A DNA stretch of 64,000 nt from Octopus sinensis (Eukaryota): the NCBI RefSeq assembly GCF_006345805.1, contig NC_043000.1, positions 45,074,001 to 45,138,000 on the forward strand, written 5' to 3'. The notes under the pieces were generated by a model that was not told the origin of the DNA, made no database searches, and saw only the letters and a program-made list of their open reading frames with translations. Positions 50,466-64,000 of the stretch are shown piece by piece. The translations under genes and the position numbers were made by a program. Within the stretch, counting starts at the first letter, position 1. Every line of letters starts with the position of its first letter.

Positions 50466-51811
50466 ATTGTGGTCATATTGGCAAATGTTAAGAACCACAA
50501 ACGCAATCTTGTTAAACAATCATAATTTTGGTTTATATTGTAATCACTTTCTGTATATATCATAATTTGTTCACACTGTACATTGTCCAATTTGATATGT
50601 TGTTTGATAATGCACAATTCTTACTGGACTTCCTGTCTTTCTTTTTGAAACACATTACTTGTTTTTATTTATCGCCCACGTTTATATATTATTTTTGTTT
50701 CACCCTGCCCTTTGCATTTAACCAGCTCATCACTTGTTTCACATCATCCTTCTCAGGGAACACATTTCTATATGCATGAGTCTTAGTTTTTTGGGGATAG
50801 TTCAAGCTGGTTGTTAACAAACTGACAAGGCTTTTTTTTAAGTTAAGAGAATTCCAGTTCACTCAGTCATTGTTTACAGCACCTTCATAGCTTATATTTT
50901 TATTAACGTCAAGGTATTCGCAACATTCTTTGTGTGGAACATGAGAGATAGCATGATCATTAATACAGAATCTAGGTTTGGGGCACTGGTTTTTTCCATG
51001 TCCAATGAGCAAATACACAAGACATATTTTGATCAAATCCAATTCAGATATCAGCCGAAAGTGCTATTAATTCCAGCTCATTTTTTTATTTTATTATTTT
51101 GCATTGTAAACATCTTTAGGACAAGGTCATCCACAAAGATATTGTGGGTTACATTATTAGCAGCTGTAGTAAATTCTAGCATGTAACCAAGGAATTTTTG
51201 TAAAAGAAAAAAGATTGTTTTAATGCCAGAATTACCAGAAGTTCTCCATAGAATATTCCATTTAAAATATTTATGACACCAGAGGCACTGGTTCATCACT
51301 CAGTTGTAAATGTGGGGATTGTTGCCCAAGTCTTTGTGAGCCTCTGAACAGCATTCAGTAAGACCAGCAGATAATTTTGCTGAGAACAGAGACTTCAGCA
51401 GCTTTGAATCAGGTAAAGAGTAAAATGTTTTCCTGAAAATAAGTCAAACTGTTTCAAGATTTCTGCAGTATTTTCTTATCTCAAAATGCACAGCTTTGTG
51501 TTTTCTAAAAGTTATTTGGCACACTCCCTTCTTTCCACCTGCCACCTCACCATTCATTATGTTGTTGAATGTAAAACTATCCAATTGGAATTGGGTGAGA
51601 CAGTTTGCATAATGCAAGCAATAAGTTCATAGTTTTCAACTAACATGGTGATTGTATTCTTAGCTACAAGATTCGTCTGTGCTATTGCAAACAAACTTGG
51701 TATGTCAATCAATGTATGTATGACTCCTTTCCACACTGTTTCCTTTTACTAATTTCATTCTCATATTATTGGTTGGCTTGTGGCTACTATAGCTAAACTT
51801 GCCAAAGATGT

Positions 51812-52330
51812 ATGAGGGGGTGCTGAAAAGTTCCTGACTTTGTGTAAAAGAAAATACAGGAGGATTAGTTAATTACGACTAGCAGTATCGCCCGGCGTTG
51901 CTCAGGTTTGTAAGGGAAATAACTATAAAGCATTTTTAGAGAGTTATAGCCAAAAAATAGCCAAAAAATGGAAAAAAAATTATGGTAAATTTTTTTGAGA
52001 GTTAAAAAAGGTCGAGTTGCGTCCCCTAGATAGTCTGTGGTTTGTGTTTCTGATTCTCGACCCCATGTCGAATTTATCGATTTTTTTCAGAACTGGGGGA
52101 ACTTTTCAAAATTTTCACTGCGTTAGTTTTGAATTATGACATTGGGCTATGTGTGTGTCAAGTTTCATCAGAATCGGTTGAAAGCCGTGGTCAGGGTGAG
52201 GGTACAACCAAACAGACACACAGAAACACACACAGACAAACTGCCGTTTATATAGAGAGAGATTTTATTGAACATATTCCCCTCTCAGATTCATACATTT
52301 ATTGCAGCAATCTTTTGGTTTTTCTAAGTC
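51812..52330. mobile_element. Mariner-like terminal fragment or MITE interrupted by a Helitron
   Basis: TATGAGGGGGTGCTGAAAAGTTCC mariner-type TIR; sequence appears to resume at 52263 after the insert. Confidence 0.55.
51879..52262 (-). mobile_element. Non-autonomous Helitron
   Basis: On the - strand: 5' TC, 3' CTAG, subterminal GC-rich hairpin (CCTGAGCAACGCCGGG), inserted between A and T with no TSD. Confidence 0.85.
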
Positions 52331-52619
52331 CTGTAATAGAACTTGGATGTAATGCTTCTGGTGAGCATACTGAGGTAGGTGGCATGCAGGTGTGTAGGTG
52401 GAAGGGAGGGGGAGTTGAATGTGAGAGGTGTTTGGGAATCTGTGTGGGGTGGTGTTATATGAAGAGAGGATGTGAGTTGAGTCCATAAGGTACAAAGAAA
52501 TGAAGGGAGAAGATCAATTCCTGTTCACAGCAAAGGCGAGAGTCTGGATGACCCCTGTGCAGAGACAATACAAACACAGAGAGAAGTTGTAATACATACA
52601 TATATATACACATATACAT

Positions 52620-53025
52620 ACACAGGCGTGGTTGTGAGGTAAGAAGCTTCTTCCCAACTACATGGTTCTGGGTTCAGTCCCACTGCATGGCACCTTAGGC
52701 AAATGACTTTTACTATAGCCTTGGGTTGACCAAAGCCTTGAGAGTAGATTTGGTAGATAGAAACTGAAAGAAGCCCATCGTAGTTATACACATGTATGTA
52801 TTTGTATGCATGTGTCTTCATGTCTGTGTTTGTCCCCCCGCCATCGCTTGACAACCAATGTTGGTGTGTTTACGTCCCCGTGACTTAGCAGTTTGACAAA
52901 AGAGACCAATAGAATAAGTACTAAGCTTACAAAGAATAAGTCCTGAGGTTGTTTCCTTTGACTAAAACATTTTAAGGTGGTGCTCCAGCATGGACGCAGT
53001 CAAATGACTGAAACAAGTAAAAGTG
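52620..53025 (+). mobile_element. tRNA-derived SINE, family B
   Basis: Family homology. Confidence 0.88.
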
Positions 53026-53065
53026 TAAAAGAATTTATATATATGTGTGTGTGTGTGTATGTATG

Positions 53066-53099
<34 letters not shown>

Positions 53100-53684
53100 T
53101 GTATGTATGTATGTATGTATATGTGTGTGTGCAGCCAAAATAAAATCTAATGTGCAATGCCAACAATTACAATAGTAAATAAACAGAATTTATAAGTCTT
53201 TTGTTATCAGTTTATATATTTGGTTATCCAGACGTTTCTAAAATAGGAATGAATATTATTATTGCTACTAACCTCTTAGGAAAATGTCTGGTTTTATTTC
53301 TTTTTTATACCTATCAACATTTTTATGTGTTAAATAGTTATTATGTTTATTATCAAACAAAACTTTATTCATTGCTTTTCCTAGAGGAAAATACTGTTTT
53401 AGAAGCTAGCATTATTAATTTTGTTTAAATTTAAAATATTTTTTTTTCTTAAAAAAACCTTATTAATCAAATGAGTGAATATGTTTTGTGAAAATATGCT
53501 TGTATGTGTTTAAACATCTGTTATATAATTGATTGAATTTTTCAGATACTGAACTGTATAGCATCAAATTTTCTCTTTATCTTTGTGTCCAGTTTAATTT
53601 AACATTATATATTAACCATTGTCTCAATATGATGTCAGGGTGATATTTCAATTTTAGATCTTGTAGCGAATCAATATTTAATAA

Positions 53685-53940
53685 CTCTTTTGATACTAAC
53701 CTTCCTAATTCCGCTTCCAGTTCTATTGTATAAAACATCTTGCCTTAAAAGTATTCAAATTAAAATTCAAGCCTTCTGTCATAAATTTATGTAAGAATCT
53801 TTTGTTAAGACACGTTCCAAACTTTGGTTTTATAATGAACATTTTCATATTTTACTAAACCCCTTGAAATTGTTAATTATTTTTGAAATTAATCAAAACA
53901 CTTATGCTATGAATTTCAATAGAAGCATGTCTACAAAGGG
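53685..53940. mobile_element. piggyBac-like MITE, decayed
   Basis: Ends CTCTTTTGATAC and GTCTACAAAGGG followed by TTAA. Confidence 0.45.
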
Positions 53941-55404
53941 TTAAGATTATTACTCTGTGCAGAAAATAAGATGATTTTTTTTACATATTTATTAAGTTTA
54001 TTTTCTCTTGTTTTTTTTTATTGTTTAGTTCTAAGTCAGCCATGATTGAGAAGGCATGATTAAAGATTCTTCTAGCTTTACCTATTTCATATTTTTTCAG
54101 GCATACTCTATTTAAAATTGCATTGTCTATTATATTCACCTCCCTATTAAAATGACAAAATGTGATTTTAAGGGGATTTAACTATTATTTCTAGCAGTTA
54201 AACATCCTAACAGAATCAGTCTTGTTGTTCCATGCTACTGGTTAGCTGATATTATTATAGTAGCATCTTGTTGTTGATTGAGGTTCTAGTTCTGTTTTGT
54301 TAATATTGTTATTATAGTGTCTTGTTTAACCAAAACTCAGCACTGTTCAAAAGTATTCTAGGTGTGTTCAACTTTAATTGTCATTATATATTCAGAACAT
54401 TGTTGATTACTATCATGGTAAGATATGCCTCTAAGGATATTTGGTTGCTCTTTCTAGAAAGCTAAGTGACCCTGCTAAGTCTTTTCTATTTCTTCTTTTT
54501 TTAAAGATTACCTCGTTATTGTATTGTTTAGTCTTAGGCTAACCTTAATACAAAGGATTCATGCTCAATAACATTACAATCCAGAGAATCTCATCCCTTT
54601 ACCTAGTACTTTTGACATAATATAACTAGTATATCCAGTAAATTTGTTTTAATTATGGAATGTAATAAAATGTATAATTTCAATTATGGAATGTAATATA
54701 AAGGAAATTTGGTTGGTTGTTCTAACAAGTCCACCAACTGCATAGATACTTCCTTATTAGCTTGTTAACCAAGGTATTGTAGGTATGAAATCATTATCAG
54801 CTCATCATAAAAGACTTCAAACAACTGGAAACACTTTAAACCAACATACAAGCTCTACTGAGATGATCAACCTGTTAGAAATATCAGCCAAAATTTTCTT
54901 CAGATAACTTTAATGTCTTCAAAAATGATTGGTACAAGGTCCATGAGACTGGCAGAAGAAAAGGAAGATGTTATCCTCAGAACTGGAATGCTTTTAATGA
55001 AACAGACTTTGCTAAAAGCAACCTATGTATACAGGTGGTTTTGTTAAACTGGACAGTGGGTTAAGTCTACCATATAAGATAGGATTTCAATTCATAATAC
55101 AAAGAGCTGGAACAAATATCGAAGGGTGTGGTTCAATGGTAAAAGCTTTGCTTCCCAATCACATGGTTCCAGGATCAGTCTCACTGCATGGCACCTTGGA
55201 ATTTAGCCTTGGGTCAACCAAAGCTTTGTGGAAGGATTTGGTAAATGGAAACACTGAAATAAACCCATCGTTTATTTCTCTTTCTCTCTCTCTCTCTCTC
55301 TCTTTGTATACATATATATACAAACTTACTTGGAACGTACGTGTGGCATTCAATAAATAATTATTAAAATTATCTCTCTCTTTCTCTCTCTGTATATATG
55401 TATG

Positions 55405-55462
<58 letters not shown>

Positions 55463-55463
55463 C

Positions 55464-55535
<72 letters not shown>

Positions 55536-55537
<2 letters not shown>

Positions 55538-55867
55538 AACTGTGTAAACAACATGAAGTATGAAAACAAGCGAGTTAAATACTCAAACAATGAGAGAAAA
55601 AATGGAAAACAGGACAAGTGACACAAAGAATGACCTTTCATCAGTTGTTGGCAGTCTGTCTCCCCAATTTGACCATCCATAAATACAAAATTTTATTTTG
55701 GAATTTATGGGAGCAACTGTTTTGGAAGACTCATGTTGTCATTGAGACAGCCGACAACTGGTGAAGGGTCATATTTTTGTGTTGCTTGTCCTGTTTTCCA
55801 TTTTTTCTCTCGTTGTTTGCATATTCAACTTGTGTGTTTTTGTACTTCATGTTGTTTACACAGTTGG
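55536..55867. repeat. Imperfect inverted pair of the unclassified repeat, arms about 125 bp
   Basis: CCAACTGTGTAAACAACATGAAGTA versus TACTTCATGTTGTTTACACAGTTGG. Confidence 0.85.
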
Positions 55868-56559
55868 TTTCCTCCTGTACCATAAATGCATATATATATA
55901 TTGTTTATACTATTATTTAATTGAATGACACACATCCATTTCCAAGTAAGTTTATCTTGACTTTTTTGATGTGACTCTTCTCTATACTGGTTTCTCCCCA
56001 TCCTTCTCTAATTCCCTTTTCTCCCCTTCACCATTTTCTCTTTGTTTCTTTCTCTCCCTCTTTCTCTTTTTCTCTCTCTCTCTCTCTCGTTGCTCACACG
56101 TGATCATCGTCCATCTTTCTTTTCCTCTTTTCCTCTCGTGACTATCTTTCTTTGCCTGCACGACGTTCTAAGGACTGGATGTCTTCTCTCTCTCTTCTAT
56201 CTTTTTTTTGTTTTCAACGAAAATATTCCTCCCAGCATTCACTATTTTCCTCTCGTTCTTGTCTAACGACCCTCCATGTTCGTCTTCGTTTGGGTTCTTT
56301 GTATGTCTTCACTGTCCTGTTTTTGCTCCCAACTTTGACCATCCATAAAACCAAAATTTTATTTTGAAATTTATGGGAGAAACTGTTATTGAAAACTCAT
56401 ATTGTCATTGAATGCACGAAATGCAGAATAGATAGACAGCCAAAAACTGATGAAGGGTTGTTCTTTGTGTTGCTTGTCCTGTTTTCCATTCCCCACTTTG
56501 TTTGTTTTCGTTCTTCATGTTGTTTTTACAGTTGGTGATGTCCTGTTCCCATATATGCG

Positions 56560-57145
56560 AAATGGCTAGTAACTGAGACTTTTGGAAATATGCTGTGCTT
56601 GAGAAGACCTGGCAAGCCAAACGAGGCCATAACCTCGTGGCCTATGCCAGGGGCGTAACCAGCCCACTTATGTGTACCTTTCTTTCTTTGGACACTAAAC
56701 TCTGCTTGCGAAGACCTGTTGAGGCAAGTGAAATCAAAATCAAATTCGATGACCGGCATCCGTGCTAGTGGGGCGCAAAGAGCACAATACGAACAAGATG
56801 GTCGACAGAGCAACTAACTGGCTTTCATGCCAGTGGAACGTAAAAGGCACCATTCGAGTGTGATCGTTACCAGCGTCGCCTTACTGGCACTTGTGCCCCA
56901 TGCTAGTGGGGTGCTAAGAGCACCATCCATGCGAGATCGTTGCCAGAGCGGCTAACTGGCTTCCGTGCCAGTAGCACGTAAAAGCACCCACTACACTCTT
57001 GGAGTGGTTGGCGTTAGGAAGGGCATCCAGCTGTAGAAACTCTGCCAGATCAAGATTGTAGCCTGGTGCAGCCATCTGGTTCGCCAGCCCTCAGTCAAAT
57101 CGTCCAACCCATGCCAGCATGGAAAGTGGATGTTAAACGATGATG

Positions 57146-57147
<2 letters not shown>
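56560..57147 (+). mobile_element. RTE LINE 3' end, sense orientation, (GAT)n tail
   Basis: Reverse complement of the RTE tail and ORF end. Confidence 0.9.
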
Positions 57148-57182
<35 letters not shown>

Positions 57183-59789
57183 TATATTATATGTGTGAGT
57201 ATCTTTGTGTTTGGATTTGTCCCCCACCTCTGCTTGACAGCTGATATTGGTTTGTTTATGTCCCAAAAGTTAGCATTTCAGCAAAAAGAGGTAGAGAGAA
57301 TAAGTAACAGGCTTAAAAATTAACTGTGATCGATTTGTTCAACTAAACTTTTCAAGGTGCTGCCCCAGCATTGCCACAGTTTAAAGACTGAGACAAATAA
57401 AATAGTTAAATAATAAAAACCGCAAAGCATCTGGGCCAATAATTTGAAGTTCTACCAATCTACTTACTTTCGACTAATACTTTTTATTCAAGTACATTTT
57501 ACAAGTAGTTTTTTTCCAAAAACATTTTTATCCAAGAAGACGAAAGATAAAGCTGCTGTCAGAAGGATGTGAACTCAGAACGCAGAAACTTGAAATGTCA
57601 CAGAAAGGAAACTTAAAAATCGTTTTCCTCTCACTAAACCAAACTGAAATATGTTTGCTTGTATAGCTGATACATGTGATATGAAAACTTCTAAAACTAA
57701 TAATGCTTCATGCAATACAAGCCCTACTCTGAGGCAAAAATCCAAAATTCCTCATAGAACATAATGAGAAAATAATCCCATATTTTTATCATCTACTTGG
57801 AAACTTCAGATACACTGAAACATTAATTTATTAATTTTTGAATTTTACAAAATAACGTATGAATCACTTTTGAAGTAAAAAACATATTTCAGAATATTCA
57901 ATTACTTCCTATAGAATAAACTGAAGGAAATGAGTTTGGTTTAATTTTACAACTGTAATATAATAGTTATTCTAGACACTCAACGTTAACTATGCCATAT
58001 TGATATCATTATTAAATGCTATATTTTTTAATATTTTTGATATGTTTTTTAGTTTATTGGTTTCATATGTTTTTCTTTACATGCCTTTCTGATATTAATG
58101 CCTGCTTGTGCCTTCCTTACCCATGTTTTTTTAATGTTTGGCTTCACATGCTTAAAACCAATTAAACCATCTTTATCATCACCATCATCATCATTATCAT
58201 GATGATCATTATCATCATCATCATCATCATCATCATTATCGTCATAGTCACCATCCTCCTCCTCAACACCACCTTACCACCACCACCACCATCGCAACCA
58301 CAATAACCATCATCATCATCATCATCACAAAGAGTATGAAGAGAAAGTCCCCAATGACTCAAGTTTCATGTTATGATTTTGTGTGATTGCATTTTTTTTT
58401 GGCAATTTGCTTCTCTTTCTAAAGACAAATTTTAATAAATGGAAAATGGGGGGGGGAAGTAAAAAAGGAAGATGAATAAAATGTGATCAAATTGCTAGTG
58501 TTTCTTTTAAAATAGATAAGTGTGATTTAATAGCCAAAGGCTTCAATAATTTAATATCCATGAAATATCTCCTTAACATCCATTGATGGAATTAATTCAA
58601 AGCAATTAACCTATTAGTTGAAATCACCTTCAGGGTACTAATTATTTTTTCAACCAATTCTTTCTGAATTTCCTCTTTGAAATATATCTGTTCCCTCACT
58701 ATCTTTATAATTTTTTTTTTTTTTTTAATCATAATTTTTTTTTAACTATTTTCATTTCAAAACTAAACGAAGTAAAGAATCAATCATTCTATCTTCTGTG
58801 TTAATTTTCCTTCAAGTTTAATTTTCCCTAATAAAAATCATTGGTGACTGAATCAGCAATATCTGAGAATTGCCTTGCAATATTTACTTTCTGATTTCAA
58901 TCCTTGATGAAATCATATTAGCATTTCAGTATTCTTATAGGTAAAGCAATAAAGCGGCAGCTAAGTACTCAGGTTAGTTAATGTATTCTGCAAATCAAAA
59001 ATGTGTAGCCAGCCTTGTGTCAGTGTTAAAAAAACATCAATAGTCAGTTATATGCCTTTATGTTCTCTGGTCAAATCTCTCTGAGATAGACTTTATTTCT
59101 CATCCATGTAGTATTGATAAAATAAACTAGCAGTCAGACAATGGGTTTCATTGAATCTCTCCTATTTTTTCTGTTTTATGCCTGTGTTAAAAAGCAGTTG
59201 GGTGCTAGGCAGTCAACCAAAGATTCAATGGATCATAACCAATAACTGATGTGTAGCATCCATATCCAAGATATATAACTGACATTAGCTCAGTTCAAAG
59301 TACTTAGAGCCAAAATGTGCATCTGTGTGTAATATATTCAAGAGGATAATGGAACAAATAAAAAATAAAATAAACAAATGTATAAGGTATTTCACACTAC
59401 AAGGAAAGTTACAAAGGAAGTTTCAACTTTTCAGTGAGTGGACCTCCATCATGAAAAAGCAGAGATGAAAGTTTTATCTTGCATGCCACAAAACCATCCA
59501 GACCATCAAAAGGAACCAGGGAACATGATAAACATAGATAAATTAGTGTGGTGTAAACAGATACCATGGTAAGTGACTAAAATTTATTATGAAGAATGCT
59601 AACTTTTCTTTTATTCTTTCACATCTTCCAGTCATAGTATACTGTGACACTATCAGTTATAACAAGCCTTATGCTTATTTGAGTTAGAAAAGTTTTTATT
59701 GATCTCTATTTTTTGACATACAAAGTTATGAAGCATGAAAAAAAACACCTGGTATTTAGACCATAAATAGAAACACAGATATGAACACA

Positions 59790-60270
59790 TATCATCATCA
59801 TCATCATCATCATCAGCGTTTAACGTCTGCTTTCCATGCTAGCATGGGTTGGACGATTTGACTGAGGACTGGTGAACCAATCTTAATCAGGCAGAGTTTC
59901 TATAACCGGATGCCCTTCTTTACGCCAACCACTCTGAGAGTGTAGTGGGTGCTTTTACGTGCCACCAGCATGAGGGCCAGTCAGGTGGTACTGGCAACGA
60001 CCATGCTCAAAATGTGATTTTTTATGTGCCACCTGCACAGGAGCCAGTCCAGTGGTACTGGCAATGACCTCACTCAAAAGTTTTTCAGGTGTCACCGGCA
60101 CAAGTGCCAGTAAGGTGACGCTGATAACGATCACGCTCAAATGGTGCTCTTAGCGCTCTACTAGCACGGATGCCAGTCATCGAATTTGAGTTCGATTTCA
60201 CTTGCCTCAACAGGTCTTCACAAGAGTTTAGTGTCCAATGAAGGAAAGGTATGCATAAGTGGGCTGGTCT
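59790..60270 (-). mobile_element. RTE LINE 3' UTR, same subfamily as the 56560 copy
   Basis: Shares GATTTGACTGAG-type diagnostic segment. Confidence 0.88.
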
Positions 60271-60277
60271 ACATGCA

Positions 60278-60329
<52 letters not shown>

Positions 60330-60330
<1 letters not shown>

Positions 60331-63285
60331 CATCATCATCTTCATCATCATCATCATCTTCATTGTTTAATGTCCGTTCTCCATGCTAGCATGGGTCGGG
60401 CGGTTCGACCGAGGATCTGGGAAGCCAGAAGGCTGCACCAGGCTCCAGTCTGATCTGGCAGTGTTTCTACAGCTTGATGCCCTTCCTAACGCCAACCACT
60501 CCGTGAGTGTAGTGGGTGCTTTTTACGTGCCACCGGCACAGGGATCACAACTGCAGTTTCCTTTGATTTTTTAATGTTGGTGTACTTGACTTAATGGATT
60601 TCCTCAAGCACAGGGTCGAAACGGTGTTTCTTTACTTGCCACCTGCACACGAGTCAGTCCAGCGGCCCTGGCAACTACCGGGTGCCAGTCATAGGATTGG
60701 TTCAATTTCGATTTCGATTTCACTTGCCCCAACAGGTCTTCGCAAGCAGAGTTTAGTGTCCAATGAAGGGAGGTTGGCATGGGTGCCTGTCGTCGGATGA
60801 GGTTCGATTTCGACTTCTCTTGCCTCAACAGGTCTTAGTGTGTCCAAGGGAAGGAAAGGTATGCATAAGTGGGCTGACTGGGATGGATTCACTTGTCCTG
60901 CCGGGTCTTCTCACACCCAGCATATTTCCAAAGGTCTCAGTCACTAGTCATTGCGTCGGTGAAGCCTAAAGTTCGAAGGTCGTGCTTCACTACCTCGTCC
61001 CAGGTTTTCCTGGGTCTACCTCTTCCACGGGTTCTCTCAACTGCTAAGGATTGGCACTTTTTCACACACCTATCTTCATCAATTCTTGCCACATGACCAT
61101 ACCAGTGCAATCGTCTCTCTTGCACACCACAGCTGATGCTTCTTAGGTACAACATTTCTCTCAAGGTACTTACACTATGTCGAGTATGTACACTGACATT
61201 ACATATCCATCGGGGTATACTGGCTTCATTCCTCGTGAGCTTACGCATGTCCTCAGCAGTCACGGCCCATGTTTCACTGCCATGTAGCATGGCTGTTCGT
61301 ACACATGCATCATACAGTCTGCCTTTTACTCTGAGCGAGAGGCTTTTTGTCACCAGCAGAGGTAAGAGCTCCCTCAACTTTGCCCAGGCTATTCTTACTC
61401 TAGCAGTTACACTTTCAGCACACCCACCCCCACTACTGACTTGGTCACCTAGATAACAGAAGCTATCAACTACTTCTAGTTCTTCCCCCTGGAAAGTGAC
61501 GGAAGATGTTTTCTGCAGATTTTCAGTGTTTATTGCTCCTGAGCATCTGCCACATACAAAAACTATCTTCCCAGTTAGCCTTCCTTTGACATTGCTGCAC
61601 CTCTTATGTGTCCATAGCTTATACTGGGTATATCTTATAGAGTTTCTACCCACGCCTTTTCTACAGATCAAGCAGGGCCATCTACCTGAAGGCGTTTGTG
61701 GTTTGTCTACCTTCCTACTTATTAGGACTTTGGTTTTAGCTAGGTTGACTCTAAGGCCCTTCGATTCTAATCCTTTCTTCCACACCTGAATCTTCTCCTC
61801 CAGTTCTGATAGTGACTAAGCAATTAGAGCAAGGTCGTCAGCATAGAGGAGCTCCCAGGGGCATCCTGTCTTGAATTCCTCCGTAATTGCCTGGAAGACT
61901 ATGATAAATAGGAGGGGGCTGAGGACTGAACCCTGGTGGACCCCAACATCTACCTTGAATTACTTACAGCATCCTTGTACATGTCTTGCACTGCTCTCAC
62001 CAGCCATTCATCTATCATTAGTTTCCTCATCGACCACCAGATAAGGGATCGGGGTCCGTGTCGAAGGCTTTCTCCATGTCAACGAAAGCCAGGTACAGGG
62101 GCTTATCTTTGGCTAGGTATTTCTCCTGCAGCTGTCTCACCAGAAATATGGCATCAGTGGTGCTTTTCCCTGGCACGAAACCAAACTGCATCTCATCCAG
62201 GTTGACTCTCTCTCTAATTAGTTGGGCTATGACCCTCTCCGTAACCTTCATTACCTGATCGAACAGCTTGATACCTCTGTTATAATTTGTATCTAGGGCG
62301 TCACCTTTACCTTTGTAGCAGTTGACTATTATGCTGCTACACCAGTTATTGGGTATGACTCCTTCGTGTATCACCTGGTTAACTATACGGGTGACTAGGC
62401 TATAGGCGACACTGCCAGATATATTGAGCATCTCTGCAGTAATTCCTGATGGTCCTGGGTCTTTCTCTGTCTTCATGCTTCTAATTGCCTTAACTACCAA
62501 AGAACTGTCAACTCAGATAGCTGGTCCCTCTGTTGGGTTGACATTCGGCAGACTCTCTTTATCCCATTCATTTTCTTTATTCAGCAACCTTTCATAGTGG
62601 CGTCTCCAAACCTCTCTCTTTGCATCCTCATTTAGCGCAAGCGAACCATCATCCATGCGAACACATTTCTCTCCTACCACATCACGATTCTCTCTCACAC
62701 ACTGTCTTGCAACACGAAATACCTCAAGTCTTTGGTCCTCATGGGGCAGAACATAGGCAAATTTTTTCTTATCTGCTTCCCCTCTGGCTAAATAATCCTG
62801 TCTCTTAGCTTCCCTTCTGGCAGTCTGATACAGTTCCCTGCTACCTCCGTTCTTCCAGTGCTTCCAAGCCTGTTTCTTTTGTCTAATAGCCCTGTCAACT
62901 ACATTGTTCCACCACCACGTTACCTTGGATCGAGATGGGACTTTGCACCAGCCACAGACCTGGTCAGTGGCTCTCAGCAGGTTGTCCCGTAGAAACCTCC
63001 AGTTGTCTTCCACATTATGTGATGCTATATCACCTTCTATTTCATCAAAGGCTTTGAGTAATACGTTTCTAAATCTCTGCCCATTTGCAGGATCTTTAAG
63101 CTTCCAGACCCTTATCCTCCAGGCTGGTCTTCTTCTGGGCATCCATGCAGCCTTGATCCTGAAGTCGCTAACTACTAATCTATGTTGAGGGATACATTCT
63201 TCGCCTGGGAAGGTTTTGGCATTTATAAGCAGCCCTCTTTCCCTTTTTCTGGTGAGGATATAGTCAATATATATGCATATATATA
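60330..63285 (-). mobile_element. RTE LINE, 5'-truncated within the endonuclease domain, frameshifted
   Basis: Endonuclease end (IDYILTRK...QHRLVV), RT fragments (QFGF, FVDMEKAFD, YADD region), C-terminus; collinear with the 9129 copy. Confidence 0.96.
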
Positions 63286-63288
63286 CAC

Positions 63289-63761
63289 TTCCTGGACTAG
63301 TTCTGTAGTGCAACATATTGAAACGTTTGAGGAAGGACATTCAGTGAAAACAACTGGATCTGTGGAGCACGAGGAATTGGATTCTTCTCAACAACGCACC
63401 CTGTCACCAAGCCCTCTTCCCTTGTATGTTCCTCACATAAAAACAACATGGTATCACTTCCACACCCACCCTACGTGCCAGATGTAGCACCTGCAGGCTT
63501 CCATTTCTTCCCCAAGATAAAAATGCAGCTTAAAGATCGCTGTTTTAATGCCATTGTCAAGATCAAGAGTGAATCACAGAAGATTCTTGGCTTGCTCATG
63601 GGCAATAACTTCCAGGCTGGATTCCAAAAGTGGCAGGAACACTGGAACCAGTGTATTGCTGCACAAGGTGACTATTGTGAAGAAAATTATGTTAAAACAT
63701 AGGTAAATAATTTATCTTTTATTAAACATAACTAGTCCGGGTACCTTTTAATACCAACTTG
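63289..63761 (+). mobile_element. Heavily deleted mariner of the same family as the 5517 element
   Basis: HPPYVPDVAPAGF motif; right TIR followed by TA; left end keeps the inner part of the 5' TIR (TTCCTGGACTAGTTCTGTAG). Confidence 0.88.
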
Positions 63762-64000
63762 TAGTTATTCTACCCACTAAAGTTTTCACCAGTGTGATGA
63801 TGGGTGTGCAATGATTATATTACTGAGAGCCCATATGCATACATATGAAAAAGTGATAGATATAAATCCCTCCTTGAGACAGAAACAAGAAACAAACCCC
63901 AAAATAGGACTTCTGCTATATGCCTATCATTGTCTAAGCAGCTGCATTAGTGATAAAGCTATAGAAAATTTGGTATTTCTCAATTTGGATACTATAATTT

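Overview
AT-rich eukaryotic genomic DNA, most likely from an octopod cephalopod. This is inferred from the SINE and RTE-LINE repertoire, the extreme microsatellite load and a mollusc-type 5S sequence; it was not confirmed by search. Almost all long ORFs in the supplied track are microsatellite artefacts or antisense frames of transposons. Contents: two 5'-truncated RTE LINEs (- strand) with a PHD-type C4HC3 finger inside the RT region, many RTE 3' ends, at least three tRNA-derived SINE families, RLE-type LINE, CR1/L2 and Penelope remnants, mariner, hAT, piggyBac-like MITEs, a non-autonomous Helitron, a higher-order tandem repeat and a 20-bp minisatellite. No host protein-coding gene is convincingly supported, only weak exon candidates. 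Most interesting: (1) a near-complete 5S rRNA copy fused to a LINE-type 3' tail whose stem-loop covaries with that of a tRNA-SINE (candidate SINE3); (2) a perfect 71-bp-arm palindrome placing a type I hammerhead ribozyme on both strands; (3) further hammerhead-like motifs; (4) a hairpin whose loop is flipped between tandem-repeat copies; (5) several fold-back and templated-insertion scars. Coordinates were counted by eye and boundaries of decayed elements are approximate.
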